Below are positions 1-9,565 of a stretch of 64,000 bases of DNA, one piece after another (position 1 is the first letter of the stretch; every line of letters starts with the position of its first letter). The stretch lies in the IMG/VR virus record IMGVR_UViG_3300046516_000137. The stretch is one strand, 5' to 3'. Both the position numbers and the translations under genes were made by a program. Below the pieces are notes generated by a model. It had not been told where the DNA came from, did no database searches, and saw nothing but the letters and a program-made list of their open reading frames with translations. This DNA is from an uncultured virus (IMG/VR IMGVR_UViG_3300046516_000137) (Duplodnaviria > Heunggongvirae > Uroviricota > Caudoviricetes).

Positions 1-816
1 ACTTGCTCTTGGTCCAGCTTTATACAGAGCTGAAAGGAGCTGTCTCGCAATGGCTGTATATACCACTTCAGTGTCATCATCCATCTCCACATAACAATTG
101 AATTCTTCAACGGTTGGCATGAACTCTTCCACGTCCTTGTCAGTTCTTCTCTTGGATATACATGCTTCCATAAGTCTGGTATTCAATTCAGGCATGTTCT
201 TGTACCCGACTGTGAATCCCGCTGAACTCCGGATAATATAGTTGTCCTCAAATTCCTGCCAGTTACCCAGTACAGTAGTATCAATCCACTGCATGATAGA
301 GAACAGTTCTTCGGCCTTACCGTTCTCAATCGGCTCTGCGGTCAAGCCAATACGATAGGTTGACTTCATTTTCTTTACTGCTTTGGTCTGCTGTGTCCCG
401 AAGTTCTTTATGCTGGTCACTTCGTCCACCAGAATCAGTTCCGGCTTCAAGGCATTGATGAAATTCAAACTGCTCACTGCCTGCCGGATACCTATAATCA
501 AATAATCCGGACGGGTTTCCATAGCGTCTTTTAATATACTGGAGCGCTTCTTCAGTGGAATAGACCCATCCACCAGAACTACTGAAGCTGCTGTGGTGAA
601 CTGTTGGATTCGTTGTTCCCATTGCTTCGTCAGCGACGCGCTCATGATAAGGACAGCACATTTTACTTTCCCTTCGTCTCTAAGTTTCTCTATTGCATGT
701 AAGGATACGATTGTCTTTCCTGTACCCAGATCCAACGCCAAGAGACAGCTACCACGATCAGTAATCAATCGTGATGCTGTCTCTTGGTATGGTCTTAACT
801 CTCCTAAAAAGCTCAT
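1..816 (-). CDS. SNF2/DEAD-like superfamily 2 helicase, N-terminal part (runs off window)
   Basis: Manual translation from ATG at 816: MSFLGELRPYQETASRLITDRGSCLLALDLGTGKT..., with a Q motif (LRPYQ) and Walker A-like DLGTGKT. Overlaps the primase stop as ATGA. Missing from the ORF track because no stop lies inside the window. Confidence 0.85.
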   Translation of the reverse strand, partial: MSFLGELRPYQETASRLITDRGSCLLALDLGTGKTIVSLHAIEKLRDEGKVKCAVLIMSASLTKQWEQRIQQFTTAASVVLVDGSIPLKKRSSILKDAMETRPDYLIIGIRQAVSSLNFINALKPELILVDEVTSIKNFGTQQTKAVKKMKSTYRIGLTAEPIENGKAEELFSIMQWIDTTVLGNWQEFEDNYIIRSSAGFTVGYKNMPELNTRLMEACISKRRTDKDVEEFMPTVEEFNCYVEMDDDTEVVYTAIARQLLSALYKAGPRAS

Positions 817-1799
817 GGTCGATATCTTACCACTGATTTCGCGTTTAGGAAAGCTGTCTGTATATCGTTGTCAGTGACACCTTCGGTACCCAGATCCTTT
901 GCATGTGGAATATGAGAGTAGTCTACGAATTTGATTCTCTTTCCACTTTTCAAGTACTGGTTACGAAGTTCCCACATTTTATTTCTGCCTGGTTCATCAT
1001 TGTCCAGTGCGAGGATGACAACCTCAGCCCTGTCAAACAAGATATCCAGTTGTCTGTTGGAGACCTGTACACCGAAGGAGGAAACTGCTCCGTCAAGTCC
1101 CGCAGTATAGAGCCGCAGACAGTCAAGCGGACTCTCAAGAAGAATAGCTGTTGTTCCGCGCATGCAGTCTATACCGAACAGCGTATCAGATTTGGGAACT
1201 CTGGCTGGCTTATTGGAAAACCAACCAGGTCCCTTCTCCTGATATCCCCAGAAGGTTCCGGTATCAGGATCTCTGATAGGTAGAATCCAGTTTTCGTTAT
1301 CCGAATCCCACAGGACTCCGTAATGGTTTACGGCTCCCGCAGAAACTCGTCGTCCGTCCAGTGCTGAGTACGGAGGAGACGAGAAGAACGCCAGTCTAGC
1401 TTCGTTCCATGGCTGTACCCACGATTCTGACGAGACACTGTCAGAGGCAGTCGCCAGACTTCGTCGCAGTCGAGAGATTCCACCACGACTACGGACCCAT
1501 TGTTCTGCATCATGTCGATCATATCCTTTGACCTCCTGAACTAGGTAAACGAATGAACCGCTGAAACCACAACTGAAACAGGAATGATCTCCCGTTTCCA
1601 CATTTACAGACCATTTGTTAGGCCTGTTGTTTGCTTTGTCAAGCCTGCTCAGATGACCTGGACATATTGCCCATGCTTCTCCATGAGTCAATCGGGTAAC
1701 CTGTATACCCAGTTCTTCCAAGCAAGCTATCACATCTCCGGGAACTGGAGTTGTCTTACTGGCTGCCCAACCCTTAGTAAGGGGTTTCGTAACCTTCAT
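813..1799 (-). CDS. DNA primase (Zn-binding + TOPRIM)
   Basis: N-terminal CPGH...CFSC Zn motif; TOPRIM motifs LLESPLD and ALDNDEPG; adjacent to DnaB. Confidence 0.9.
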   Translation of the reverse strand: MKVTKPLTKGWAASKTTPVPGDVIACLEELGIQVTRLTHGEAWAICPGHLSRLDKANNRPNKWSVNVETGDHSCFSCGFSGSFVYLVQEVKGYDRHDAEQWVRSRGGISRLRRSLATASDSVSSESWVQPWNEARLAFFSSPPYSALDGRRVSAGAVNHYGVLWDSDNENWILPIRDPDTGTFWGYQEKGPGWFSNKPARVPKSDTLFGIDCMRGTTAILLESPLDCLRLYTAGLDGAVSSFGVQVSNRQLDILFDRAEVVILALDNDEPGRNKMWELRNQYLKSGKRIKFVDYSHIPHAKDLGTEGVTDNDIQTAFLNAKSVVRYRP

Positions 1800-3060
1800 C
1801 TGTCAGCTCCCGATCGTTGCTATCGGGATTGAAGTCCTCCAACTCTTCAAACTTCCCTGTGTCGTAGTCAAATAGTAGCGTAACACAGACGTTGGCGCAA
1901 CTGCGGGCCATAAGGATCTTCAGCTTACGAAGCTTCTGCTCCTCAAAGCTTCCCTCAACCTCTGGAAGTCGCTCCACTCCAATGACAGTGTTGCTGTACT
2001 CGGAAAACGCACGACTGCCCTTCATGGAGTCACCGTTCAACATCTCACCCTTGGTACGGGCAGCGGTTGACTGAGTGACTACGACGATGCTTATGCTGCG
2101 ACGCATGGCAAGGAACTTAAATCCATTGACAATATTAGCAAGAGCAGCAGCAGTCTCCCGCTCCTGTCCTCTCTCGTCATCCATCATATAGACACCATCA
2201 ACGATCACTACATCCGGCTTGAATGTATCGATCTTTGCACCGACAGCAGATACTGTCATACAGTCTTCCACAATCATCAGAGGTGCCAGGTTCTCAGTAA
2301 GATGGACTGATCGATTAAGCTTTATCCATTCATCCTCGGTAAGGTCGCCTGAATTGATCTTGTTCTCATTAAAACCGGCTCGATAAGCGTCAAGCCTGCG
2401 CTCCTGTTCCTCAACAGTCTGTTCGAATGTCAGATACAGTACACGTTTGTTCTGTTCCTGCACATGCATAGCAATCAGCATAGCAATAGTGGACTTAGAA
2501 GACTTAGGAAGACCTGTAATGGTTGTTAGCTGACCCGGTTGAAGCCCCTGAGTGGCCCTGTCAATCGTTGGAAAACCTGTAGGTATCCCTACCAGGGTTC
2601 CAGGGTTGTTACGGCGTTCAAGGTACCTCTCAAGGCGCTCAGGACCGTTCTGTGTGACATCTACATCCCTACTGCTGACGACTGAGGTGTACACCTTGGT
2701 CAGTGTCATTCCCAGGAAGTTGATAGCCCCGTCGATGTCACCTTCCAGGACAGCATTGTCCACTTCAGCAAGGTTCTCATTCAGAACACTGACAAGATAC
2801 TGCTCCTGTACACGCTTTACCAGGCTTCCCCATGATTCATCCACCTCATGCAGAGTCAGCTTGGGATGGTCTGCCTTGAACTCTCTGACAGTAGGAACAA
2901 TTCCGTGCTCAGTATACTGCTCCCTAATATCTTCAAAGGCTGCCCGAATATCGGGATCGCGAATAAAGAATGCCTGAATGTCTGCTGCTTCTTTTAGAGA
3001 ACGTTCCTGGATAATCTTTGAAATCAGAAGCTTCTCAACATTGAATGTCGTTGACAACAA
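1774..3060 (-). CDS. dnaB: DnaB-like replicative helicase
   Basis: GIPTGFPTIDRATQGLQPGQL, Walker A GLPKSSKS, LTFEQ, VIVDGVYMM. Confidence 0.92.
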   Translation of the reverse strand: MLSTTFNVEKLLISKIIQERSLKEAADIQAFFIRDPDIRAAFEDIREQYTEHGIVPTVREFKADHPKLTLHEVDESWGSLVKRVQEQYLVSVLNENLAEVDNAVLEGDIDGAINFLGMTLTKVYTSVVSSRDVDVTQNGPERLERYLERRNNPGTLVGIPTGFPTIDRATQGLQPGQLTTITGLPKSSKSTIAMLIAMHVQEQNKRVLYLTFEQTVEEQERRLDAYRAGFNENKINSGDLTEDEWIKLNRSVHLTENLAPLMIVEDCMTVSAVGAKIDTFKPDVVIVDGVYMMDDERGQERETAAALANIVNGFKFLAMRRSISIVVVTQSTAARTKGEMLNGDSMKGSRAFSEYSNTVIGVERLPEVEGSFEEQKLRKLKILMARSCANVCVTLLFDYDTGKFEELEDFNPDSNDRELTDEGYETPY

Positions 3061-3066
3061 TACCTC

Positions 3067-3513
3067 CTAAAGAATGTTGTACAGGTTAAGGTCACTACTC
3101 GTAACTGTGCGACCCTTGCTACCCCAAGTCAAGACGTGCTTAGGATCAGGATCGAATACCCTGAGAATAGAAGGATCATATGTCAGGTCATCTAGGAGAG
3201 ACTCCACAGTGAAGTAGTGGATACCTCCGAAGAACATATTCCTGCTGTCCAGTTTATTTCTAATCGGGTCCACGAATTCGGGATCTACAAAGGTGATGAC
3301 ATCAATTCTGAAGTCTCTCCTGTGCAGATCCCGAATGCCTTGCGTAGTCTTGGTGCTCAAATCATAGTAGTCTACTGCCTGCTGCCACTTCTTTCTCTTT
3401 CGAGCCAGTGCTTCAAGGGCACGGGTCTTGGCGTCAGGCAGTATACCAATCAGATTCTCGAACACAATATACACGCGGGGCAGGACGCTATTCGATAGCT
3501 CGCCCTTTCGCAA
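3067..3513 (-). CDS. hypothetical protein (possibly degenerate HAD fold)
   Basis: 148-aa ORF packed into the replication operon. Confidence 0.65.
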   Translation of the reverse strand: MRKGELSNSVLPRVYIVFENLIGILPDAKTRALEALARKRKKWQQAVDYYDLSTKTTQGIRDLHRRDFRIDVITFVDPEFVDPIRNKLDSRNMFFGGIHYFTVESLLDDLTYDPSILRVFDPDPKHVLTWGSKGRTVTSSDLNLYNIL

Positions 3514-3649
3514 GTTCCCTCTCCATCTGTGCGTTGAAACGATCTACGTAGAACTGTGTCCAGCGATCGTCCAGTGTTGCTACGTCCAGAGGATCGTGTT
3601 CGTACCCGTCTTCCGGATACCAGTCCTCTGCTTCAGATGCTACTCCCAT
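3488..3649 (-). CDS. small hypothetical protein
   Basis: Acidic 53-aa ORF from an internal ATG (MGVASEAEDW), tightly packed. Confidence 0.5.
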   Translation of the reverse strand: MGVASEAEDWYPEDGYEHDPLDVATLDDRWTQFYVDRFNAQMERELAKGRAIE

Positions 3650-3986
3650 TTCCCAGCCTCTCATAAAGTCCTTCTGTACAGTGGCCACAGCAGCCATGTA
3701 CACCTGTTCCATAGTAGCCAATGCTGTCGTAGAACGCAACTGAGTCAGGATCAGAATGTCCGATACCACATGTACAGAACCTTTCGGCAAAACCATTTGG
3801 CTTAGAACTGAAAGGGCTACCCATTCTCAGACCTATAGGAGCATTCTTCAGCGGGTGATCGGAAGGATTATGTATAGCACATCGACCACCTTTACATACG
3901 CTCGCTTTATGAACATTCCACTTAACTTCAGCATCGTCCGTGAAGATATCATGCTTCCATCTCTTATTCTTCTGTAGTTTAGCCAT
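3633..3986 (-). CDS. Cys/His-rich hypothetical protein
   Basis: CAIHNPSDH and RFCTCGIGHSDPD motifs; start at MAKLQ abuts the upstream stop. Confidence 0.65.
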   Translation of the reverse strand: MAKLQKNKRWKHDIFTDDAEVKWNVHKASVCKGGRCAIHNPSDHPLKNAPIGLRMGSPFSSKPNGFAERFCTCGIGHSDPDSVAFYDSIGYYGTGVHGCCGHCTEGLYERLGNGSSI

Positions 3987-4234
3987 CAGGTAAAGTCCAA
4001 TCCACAACCGGGGCACACGAGATTCTGACCGAAATTAATCCATACTCCGATAATCTCATCTGCTCGAACGCATGTGTCAGGAGTGTACAGGCCAATACCA
4101 GGATGACATTCACGTTCCTTGGAATCGTAGGTACTGTGGCCGTAGCCCAGCATGTTCCTGGTGAACCTGTCAGGAACATCTCGGATCATCATACGGTGTC
4201 CACTGATCTCTACAATTTCATCGGGATTCATCAT
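3986..4234 (-). CDS. hypothetical protein with C-terminal CPGC
   Basis: Operon packing. Confidence 0.55.
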   Translation of the reverse strand: MMNPDEIVEISGHRMMIRDVPDRFTRNMLGYGHSTYDSKERECHPGIGLYTPDTCVRADEIIGVWINFGQNLVCPGCGLDFT

Positions 4235-4451
4235 TAGCTCTCTCCAGATCCTTTCGTATGACCTCTTCACACTCTGGACTATTACAGTAGTGGCCTTGAT
4301 AGTCCACGTCAAGCCTCTTGGTAGGAACCTTGCAGATAAAACAAGGCTCTGCTGTATCTACAAGCCATGCTGAATGATCCATCCATACAAAACCATACTC
4401 GTCCTTGTAAGGAAAGACCATATCAGGGGAGTACCAGGTCTCCTTATCCAT
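4218..4451 (-). CDS. hypothetical Zn-binding protein
   Basis: CFIC...YCNSPEC; start abuts the Pnk stop. Confidence 0.6.
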   Translation of the reverse strand: MDKETWYSPDMVFPYKDEYGFVWMDHSAWLVDTAEPCFICKVPTKRLDVDYQGHYCNSPECEEVIRKDLERANDESR

Positions 4452-5357
4452 CTAGAAGTCTCCGTCTGCAACTTGCAGTACACGAATTCGCAGCTTACGA
4501 AGACGACGTACAACACGGTCCCTGTCATCGAACCAGGCCAGGATATTGTACTTACCACGAATGTACTTGTCCACCATGTACTGCTTCACATCAGCATCGT
4601 TCCAGTCCTTCTGGTCTATACCATCGCGCATGTAGAATTCCTGGAACCTGATGTGATGAATAGCATTCCATTCCTCAGTGTCCGCGCGGCAAGTATCAGG
4701 GCGACCAGACATTCCAAAATGCGGAGCCCATGGCAGACCGTCCTCAATAACATCTTTAAGCAGAACGATATCTGCATGAGGTGCGTCAGTCAGGACACGA
4801 GTGTAGTCATATGGAGACCTTGCAACATGCTTGGCAGTGGTTCCGTCAGTGTCCCAGACAACACAGTAAGGTAGATCCGGATCAAACTCAAGAGGAGCTG
4901 ACAGGACAACATCGTTCATCCACTCAGCAGTCAGCTTCCACTTATCAATTCGTGCAGCCATCTTACGGATAACCGTTTCACCAACAGAACGTTCTCCGTC
5001 AATTGCGCGGCTCCAGTCATTGGTGATGCAGTCCTCAGTAGTAATATGGCTGAAATCCTGGACCTTGAACAGTACTTCACCATCAAAGAGACGCTTGATG
5101 CGCTTAGGCATATTCTTCTCAATGTGAGTGTTGTCCACAATCACGTCCTTGCCCGCCTTTACAGCAGCAAGAATAGCCTTGTCCTGGATATCCAGTGCAA
5201 TAGCCTCAGCATCCTTTGAGTAAGGAAGTCCAACCATTGCACGGATGTCATCCATGTTCACACGGACAATCTGACCATTGGACTCCTCTACCTGCTGCTT
5301 GGCCCAGGTACTCTTGCCACTAGCGGGCAGACCGCGACAAAGTGTAATCGTAGTCAT
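4452..5357 (-). CDS. pseT: polynucleotide kinase/3'-phosphatase (T4 PseT-like)
   Basis: N-terminal P-loop GLPASGKST and VDNTH; C-terminal HAD motifs DTDGT, SGR and FDDR. Confidence 0.93.
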   Translation of the reverse strand: MTTITLCRGLPASGKSTWAKQQVEESNGQIVRVNMDDIRAMVGLPYSKDAEAIALDIQDKAILAAVKAGKDVIVDNTHIEKNMPKRIKRLFDGEVLFKVQDFSHITTEDCITNDWSRAIDGERSVGETVIRKMAARIDKWKLTAEWMNDVVLSAPLEFDPDLPYCVVWDTDGTTAKHVARSPYDYTRVLTDAPHADIVLLKDVIEDGLPWAPHFGMSGRPDTCRADTEEWNAIHHIRFQEFYMRDGIDQKDWNDADVKQYMVDKYIRGKYNILAWFDDRDRVVRRLRKLRIRVLQVADGDF

Positions 5358-5570
5358 TTACTTATCCTTCCACTTGTAGTATCCTAGTACGTTTACACCA
5401 ACGAAAAACGCACAGATAACAATGAACGGCCACTGGTGCGTAAATATGGCATAGACAATCCATAAGACATTGTAGATAATACCTACTGTCAAACCCTGCC
5501 TACTCTTCCTTACAGCCAGCATGTAGTATCCAATGATACCTATAGCTGAAAGGATAGAACTGAATATCAC
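5358..5570 (-). CDS. small membrane protein (PnuC-like helices)
   Basis: Three hydrophobic segments ending GYYKWK. Confidence 0.6.
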   Translation of the reverse strand: MIFSSILSAIGIIGYYMLAVRKSRQGLTVGIIYNVLWIVYAIFTHQWPFIVICAFFVGVNVLGYYKWKDK

Positions 5571-5878
5571 TGCTCTGCCTTAACTATTCGATAGATGAAG
5601 TTGGGATGATACTTCTTGTAGAAATCTTCCTGGCCCTTAAGAATGCGGGAGTTGTATGCAGTCTCATTGCGCTTCCACACATTATCAGGATAGAGCCATT
5701 CCATGTAGTACCTGGTCTGGTCGCATACCTTGCTATGCTCAGTTGCTATCTCCAGCATCTTGGTCAGAGTAATGACCTCAGCATTTTCTGCAAAATCCGT
5801 TTCACAAACTGCACATGTGAAGGCCACCGGATAGCTCATACCAGAATCGCTGGCTTCAAAGTTATCGAAGTTTCCCAT
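5567..5878 (-). CDS. hypothetical protein
   Basis: RBS GGAGG upstream; CAVC...H..VC. Confidence 0.65.
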   Translation of the reverse strand: MGNFDNFEASDSGMSYPVAFTCAVCETDFAENAEVITLTKMLEIATEHSKVCDQTRYYMEWLYPDNVWKRNETAYNSRILKGQEDFYKKYHPNFIYRIVKAEQ

Positions 5879-5953
5879 GACTTCCTCCTAAGATGAGATC
5901 AAGAGGACAGAGGATGCTTCCCCCACCCTGTTGAACCAACCTTACACCTGCTG

Positions 5954-6208
5954 CTACAGGTTGTCCAGCGCTTCCATCATCTTCTCTCGCGCAGCATCGT
6001 ACCCGGAATCATAGCCGCTCTCACGACCATCCTCAAACCCGATACTGTAGGAATCATCGCTCATACTAGAGGCAAAGTCATCCATAACCTCAGTAAGCTC
6101 CTCAATCATCACCTTAAGGTCATACGGAAGGAACACATCCCTGTCAAACATGGAACGATCCTCCAGAACCCGCAGTACCTTCAGAGCAGTAGCGAGACTG
6201 TCAGTCAT
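5954..6208 (-). CDS. acidic hypothetical protein
   Basis: ORF track; G(F/Y)xxG repeats near the C-terminus. Confidence 0.6.
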   Translation of the reverse strand: MTDSLATALKVLRVLEDRSMFDRDVFLPYDLKVMIEELTEVMDDFASSMSDDSYSIGFEDGRESGYDSGYDAAREKMMEALDNL

Positions 6209-6450
6209 TAGAACTCCTTAGTGTTACTGTAGTGGATCTCAGCATTGGACAATTCATCCTGGACGTCGTCCATAAGTCCTAGCAACTCAAAGAAGGCGTC
6301 ATCCATCTCTTCCCACTTCTCCTTGAGAGAATCGGGTACATCATAGTCGTCAATCACATGAAGGCCATAAACCAGCACCTCATAGAGTCCACCTTCCCAC
6401 TCGATCTTGCCAAGCAGGTCATAAATGTTATGTGATTCATCCATAGTCAT
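6208..6450 (-). CDS. acidic hypothetical protein
   Basis: Operon packing. Confidence 0.6.
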   Translation of the reverse strand: MTMDESHNIYDLLGKIEWEGGLYEVLVYGLHVIDDYDVPDSLKEKWEEMDDAFFELLGLMDDVQDELSNAEIHYSNTKEF

Positions 6451-6452
6451 CC

Positions 6453-7133
6453 CTAAAGTCGTGTGTCCTTACCCAGAAGAGGGTAGGAGTCAAAGGCATC
6501 ATGCTGGAAACTCTCGAAAGAGTCTCCGTAGACCCCTCGCATTGACTCAGGGTCGATATTGGTAGTAATGATCGTGGGCAGAGCACTGTCATACCTTACA
6601 CGGATAAGCTCATGAAAGAAGCTCTCGGTAAAACCTGACTGTGTACGGTACTCCTGACCTATATCATCGATAACCACAAGTGATCGTGTCCGTACCGCCT
6701 CAAGTACAGCATTGGCCTTTACCTTGCGTTCGCTTCCTTCACTGTCAAAGGTATTGGTCATTGCGGATTTAAGGTCGGAGAACCTTATGAAGTAAACCTT
6801 GAGAAAAGGGTGCTTACGCTGTACTTCCATAAGAGTAATAGCAGCAAGCGTAGTCTTACGGGTTCCATTGCGTCCGTAGAACAGCATGCCCTTACCAATA
6901 TTGTCACGGCTTTCAGGAAAGTTACCGGAATTCGCTCGTTCCTTTGAAACATAATGATCCATGAAATTGTCAGTAAAACTACGTGCGGCGGACAATGCCA
7001 TCTTACGGGTTCCGTTAACCTTGTCAACAGGTACATCAGAATCATAATCCTGAAAGCTCATACCACGCAGCTTTATAGGGATATTCGCGCTTCCCCATCG
7101 GCTGACAAAATACTCCTCAGGCAGGGCTACCAT
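6453..7133 (-). CDS. DnaC/IstB-like AAA+ helicase loader
   Basis: GRNGTRKT Walker A, LVVIDDIGQE, RYDSALPTIITTN. Confidence 0.88.
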   Translation of the reverse strand: MVALPEEYFVSRWGSANIPIKLRGMSFQDYDSDVPVDKVNGTRKMALSAARSFTDNFMDHYVSKERANSGNFPESRDNIGKGMLFYGRNGTRKTTLAAITLMEVQRKHPFLKVYFIRFSDLKSAMTNTFDSEGSERKVKANAVLEAVRTRSLVVIDDIGQEYRTQSGFTESFFHELIRVRYDSALPTIITTNIDPESMRGVYGDSFESFQHDAFDSYPLLGKDTRL

Positions 7134-7500
7134 GCTTCTCCTCCCATTCGCGTTCCAATCTGTCCCACTTGTCTTCAACTACGACAGGCGCAAGCTTAGC
7201 ACTGATCTGTTCTGCCCGATAGAGAAAATCCTGCCAACCAGGGTTCTTTCCTCTGAGTGATGCATCCTGCATGTACAGGTCCATCATCGACATCATGGTA
7301 GCAGAGTCCGTCTTGTCTTTCCAGTTGGTAAGAGACCCAGCCATAGCACGTACGTTGATTACTCCGAATCCTGACCATGCTGCTGCCTGGAATCTCTTAC
7401 GGAAGTATTCTGCCAACTTCATTGAATTGAAAGATGACTTAGGGACGACTTCCTCTTCAGAGGTGTCATCCCATAAATCACCCCAAGCTCCTGGGGACAC
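7117..7500 (-). CDS. hypothetical protein (loader-adjacent)
   Basis: Overlaps the loader start. Confidence 0.6.
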   Translation of the reverse strand: MSPGAWGDLWDDTSEEEVVPKSSFNSMKLAEYFRKRFQAAAWSGFGVINVRAMAGSLTNWKDKTDSATMMSMMDLYMQDASLRGKNPGWQDFLYRAEQISAKLAPVVVEDKWDRLEREWEEKHGSPA

Positions 7501-7503
7501 TAT

Positions 7504-7755
7504 TCAGTTCCCCTTGTCGTGTGCTCTGCGGATCTTCAACAGGACACCACTGGGCTCAGTATCTATGTACATATGGTAGAGGCCTCGGGTAACAAGCTGC
7601 CATGTCAATGACTTCTCTATGGCAGATGGAACTGTCTCCTTGTAATCCATCTCAGCACACCACTTGGCATACTCAAAGTCATAGTAAAGCTGTCCACCGA
7701 ACCAATCGGGAAAGTCATCAAGGAGAGACTCCCAAACCCACTTAGGCTTTGTCAT
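7504..7755 (-). CDS. hypothetical protein
   Basis: Operon packing (ATGA overlap). Confidence 0.6.
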   Translation of the reverse strand: MTKPKWVWESLLDDFPDWFGGQLYYDFEYAKWCAEMDYKETVPSAIEKSLTWQLVTRGLYHMYIDTEPSGVLLKIRRAHDKGN

Positions 7756-8144
7756 GCGGACTCCCTATTGATCAGGTACTCAATGTACCAAATAGCCTTC
7801 TTCAGATCCTCTACACCATTCTTGTCCCTGTATCGGAGAAGATACTTCAATGCAGACCCCTCAAAGAAGTCCAGACCATTAGCTGTGATGACATCAATGG
7901 GCGAGATTCCCATCTTCTCATAGTGGTTTCCACCAACCTGCTTAAGCGTATCCTTGGGTGCCAACTCCAGAATCCACCAGGAAATCTGAAAGCTTTCCGG
8001 GCTGAGAGTATCATGGCATTCAAGATTGTACTTCTGATGCATATGAATGCCATCTATATCAACAGCTTCCACAACCCAAGGATGGTCAGATCCGTAGAAA
8101 CTACTGGTAATAATATCTCCTGCAATAGGAATAGCCTTAGACAT
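7752..8144 (-). CDS. DUF3310-domain protein
   Basis: QVGGNHY...ISPIDVI...FFEGSALKYLLRYRDKNGVEDLKKAIWY signature. Confidence 0.85.
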   Translation of the reverse strand: MSKAIPIAGDIITSSFYGSDHPWVVEAVDIDGIHMHQKYNLECHDTLSPESFQISWWILELAPKDTLKQVGGNHYEKMGISPIDVITANGLDFFEGSALKYLLRYRDKNGVEDLKKAIWYIEYLINRESA

Positions 8145-9093
8145 TTCGCTCCTTGATAAGTTCAGTCATAGTACGGATAGTACGAGAGAATGCTTCTCCC
8201 ATTTGTGCAATGTTCTCGCCGAGTTCCACAAGAAGGACATCTGTCCGAGAATTGTCCCAAGGAGATACATTCTTGGCAACATCATCCCAGATTTCCTGAG
8301 TAGTAACAGGAACAAGCTCAGCCTTCTTTGCTGCCTGCTCCTCCACCTTCTTGGCCACGAATGCGTCAATACCTGAAACGCTCTGTACGGCTGTCTGAGG
8401 CTCTGAAACAGGCTCAGTGGGCTTGGGTGCCACTGCCTTCTTCGCAGCCCTCTTACGGGCCACTGGAGCCTTCTTAGGGGCTACTCCTGACTCTACTGCC
8501 AGAGCTTCCTGTTCGGCCTTGAACTCTTCCTGCTTACGCTCACGGTCAGCCTTGTCCTCAGCAGACTCGTATCCTTCAAAGACGTCCACCATACCGTTGA
8601 GGTTCAGCGTCAGGATTTCGGAATGGGACTTGGCCTCATACAGGATCTCCAGATCGGACAGGGACGACTCACCCTGAGTATAGGTACTCTCAGGATCAAA
8701 GAACATCAGGAAGACAGTCTCATCTCCCTCTGCCGCACGGTCCTTGAGGAGCTTGAAGCCAGTGCTGAGTGCAAGGTGCTCATCCTCAACCTTGATGATG
8801 TCGGGAAGGGCAGCAAGATCCCTGTTCATGGGAGCATCCTTGACCTGGATGACCTGAACATCTGCATCGGTAGCAATGGCATACTTGGTCATAAGATTCA
8901 GAGCAGGACCAGACCGGCCAAGGATAGGAAAGATAACCTTCACCTCTCGGATGCCAACAGCGTCAGGGTCACCCTTCTTTCCGAAAACCCAGTCGTCAAG
9001 GTTCTCCTTCAGATTGGCCGCAGAAGTCTTACCAGTACCGGCAACCATGATCGTCAGGTCACGAGTGAAGTCACGCAAAATTTCCTCCTTCAA
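8137..9093 (-). CDS. hypothetical protein with histone-like K/A/P segment
   Basis: 318 aa; APKKAPVARKRAAKKAVAPK. Confidence 0.75.
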   Translation of the reverse strand: MKEEILRDFTRDLTIMVAGTGKTSAANLKENLDDWVFGKKGDPDAVGIREVKVIFPILGRSGPALNLMTKYAIATDADVQVIQVKDAPMNRDLAALPDIIKVEDEHLALSTGFKLLKDRAAEGDETVFLMFFDPESTYTQGESSLSDLEILYEAKSHSEILTLNLNGMVDVFEGYESAEDKADRERKQEEFKAEQEALAVESGVAPKKAPVARKRAAKKAVAPKPTEPVSEPQTAVQSVSGIDAFVAKKVEEQAAKKAELVPVTTQEIWDDVAKNVSPWDNSRTDVLLVELGENIAQMGEAFSRTIRTMTELIKERNV

Positions 9094-9097
9094 TAGG

Positions 9098-9149
9098 AAA
9101 GCTCCTGTGAGCTTGGATTAACCATAGTTCACAGGAGCTTTAGAGTCAA
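9098..9149 (-). promoter_or_regulatory. sigma70-type promoter overlapped by a 13-bp inverted repeat
   Basis: Minus strand TTGACT-17-TATGGT; IR AAAGCTCCTGTGA (9098-9110) / TCACAGGAGCTTT (9129-9141). Confidence 0.55.
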
Positions 9150-9406
9150 GGAAGAGGCGGGATGTTAGACTGTCGTCTCACTCGCTTCTCCGCAGCTCTA
9201 GGCACTGCCTTGTGTACCGTGGTGTCGATGAGAAGGACTATTCCACAGACAGCAGAGACTGTCAAGTACTGATGAGGAACGAAAGTGAGGCCGTAGGCTA
9301 AGCCAGGTAGTAGGATAAAGTGAATCAACCAGTCGGGTAGGTTGATGTGTGTCTTCAGGTATGTCCAGAGATAGACTAAGCTCAGTGCCATTAGTAGTAG
9401 GTTCAT
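9146..9406 (-). CDS. small membrane protein
   Basis: Hydrophobic helices; -10-like TAGGCT 6 nt before the ATG (leaderless). Confidence 0.65.
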   Translation of the reverse strand: MNLLLMALSLVYLWTYLKTHINLPDWLIHFILLPGLAYGLTFVPHQYLTVSAVCGIVLLIDTTVHKAVPRAAEKRVRRQSNIPPLP

Positions 9407-9505
9407 GTCAGTAGCCTACCAGAGGTTGCTGTACTTGACACTGACAAGAAAAGTTTGGTAGTCTCTGGTATGTCGAAGCACTACCCCATAAAAGCATATA
9501 AAGAT

Positions 9506-9551
9506 AAAAGAGTTATAATCCTTATTTATTAAAGGACTATAACTCTTTTTC
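9506..9551. terminator. bidirectional intrinsic terminator ending the structural operon
   Basis: AAAAGAGTTATA...TATAACTCTTTT inverted repeat just after the stop at 9566. Confidence 0.65.
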
Positions 9552-9565
9552 TATTAGACAATAAC

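Noticed and set aside
326..661. 111-aa minus-strand ORF in the track
   Set aside because: Alternate frame inside the helicase that starts at 816 and runs off the window.
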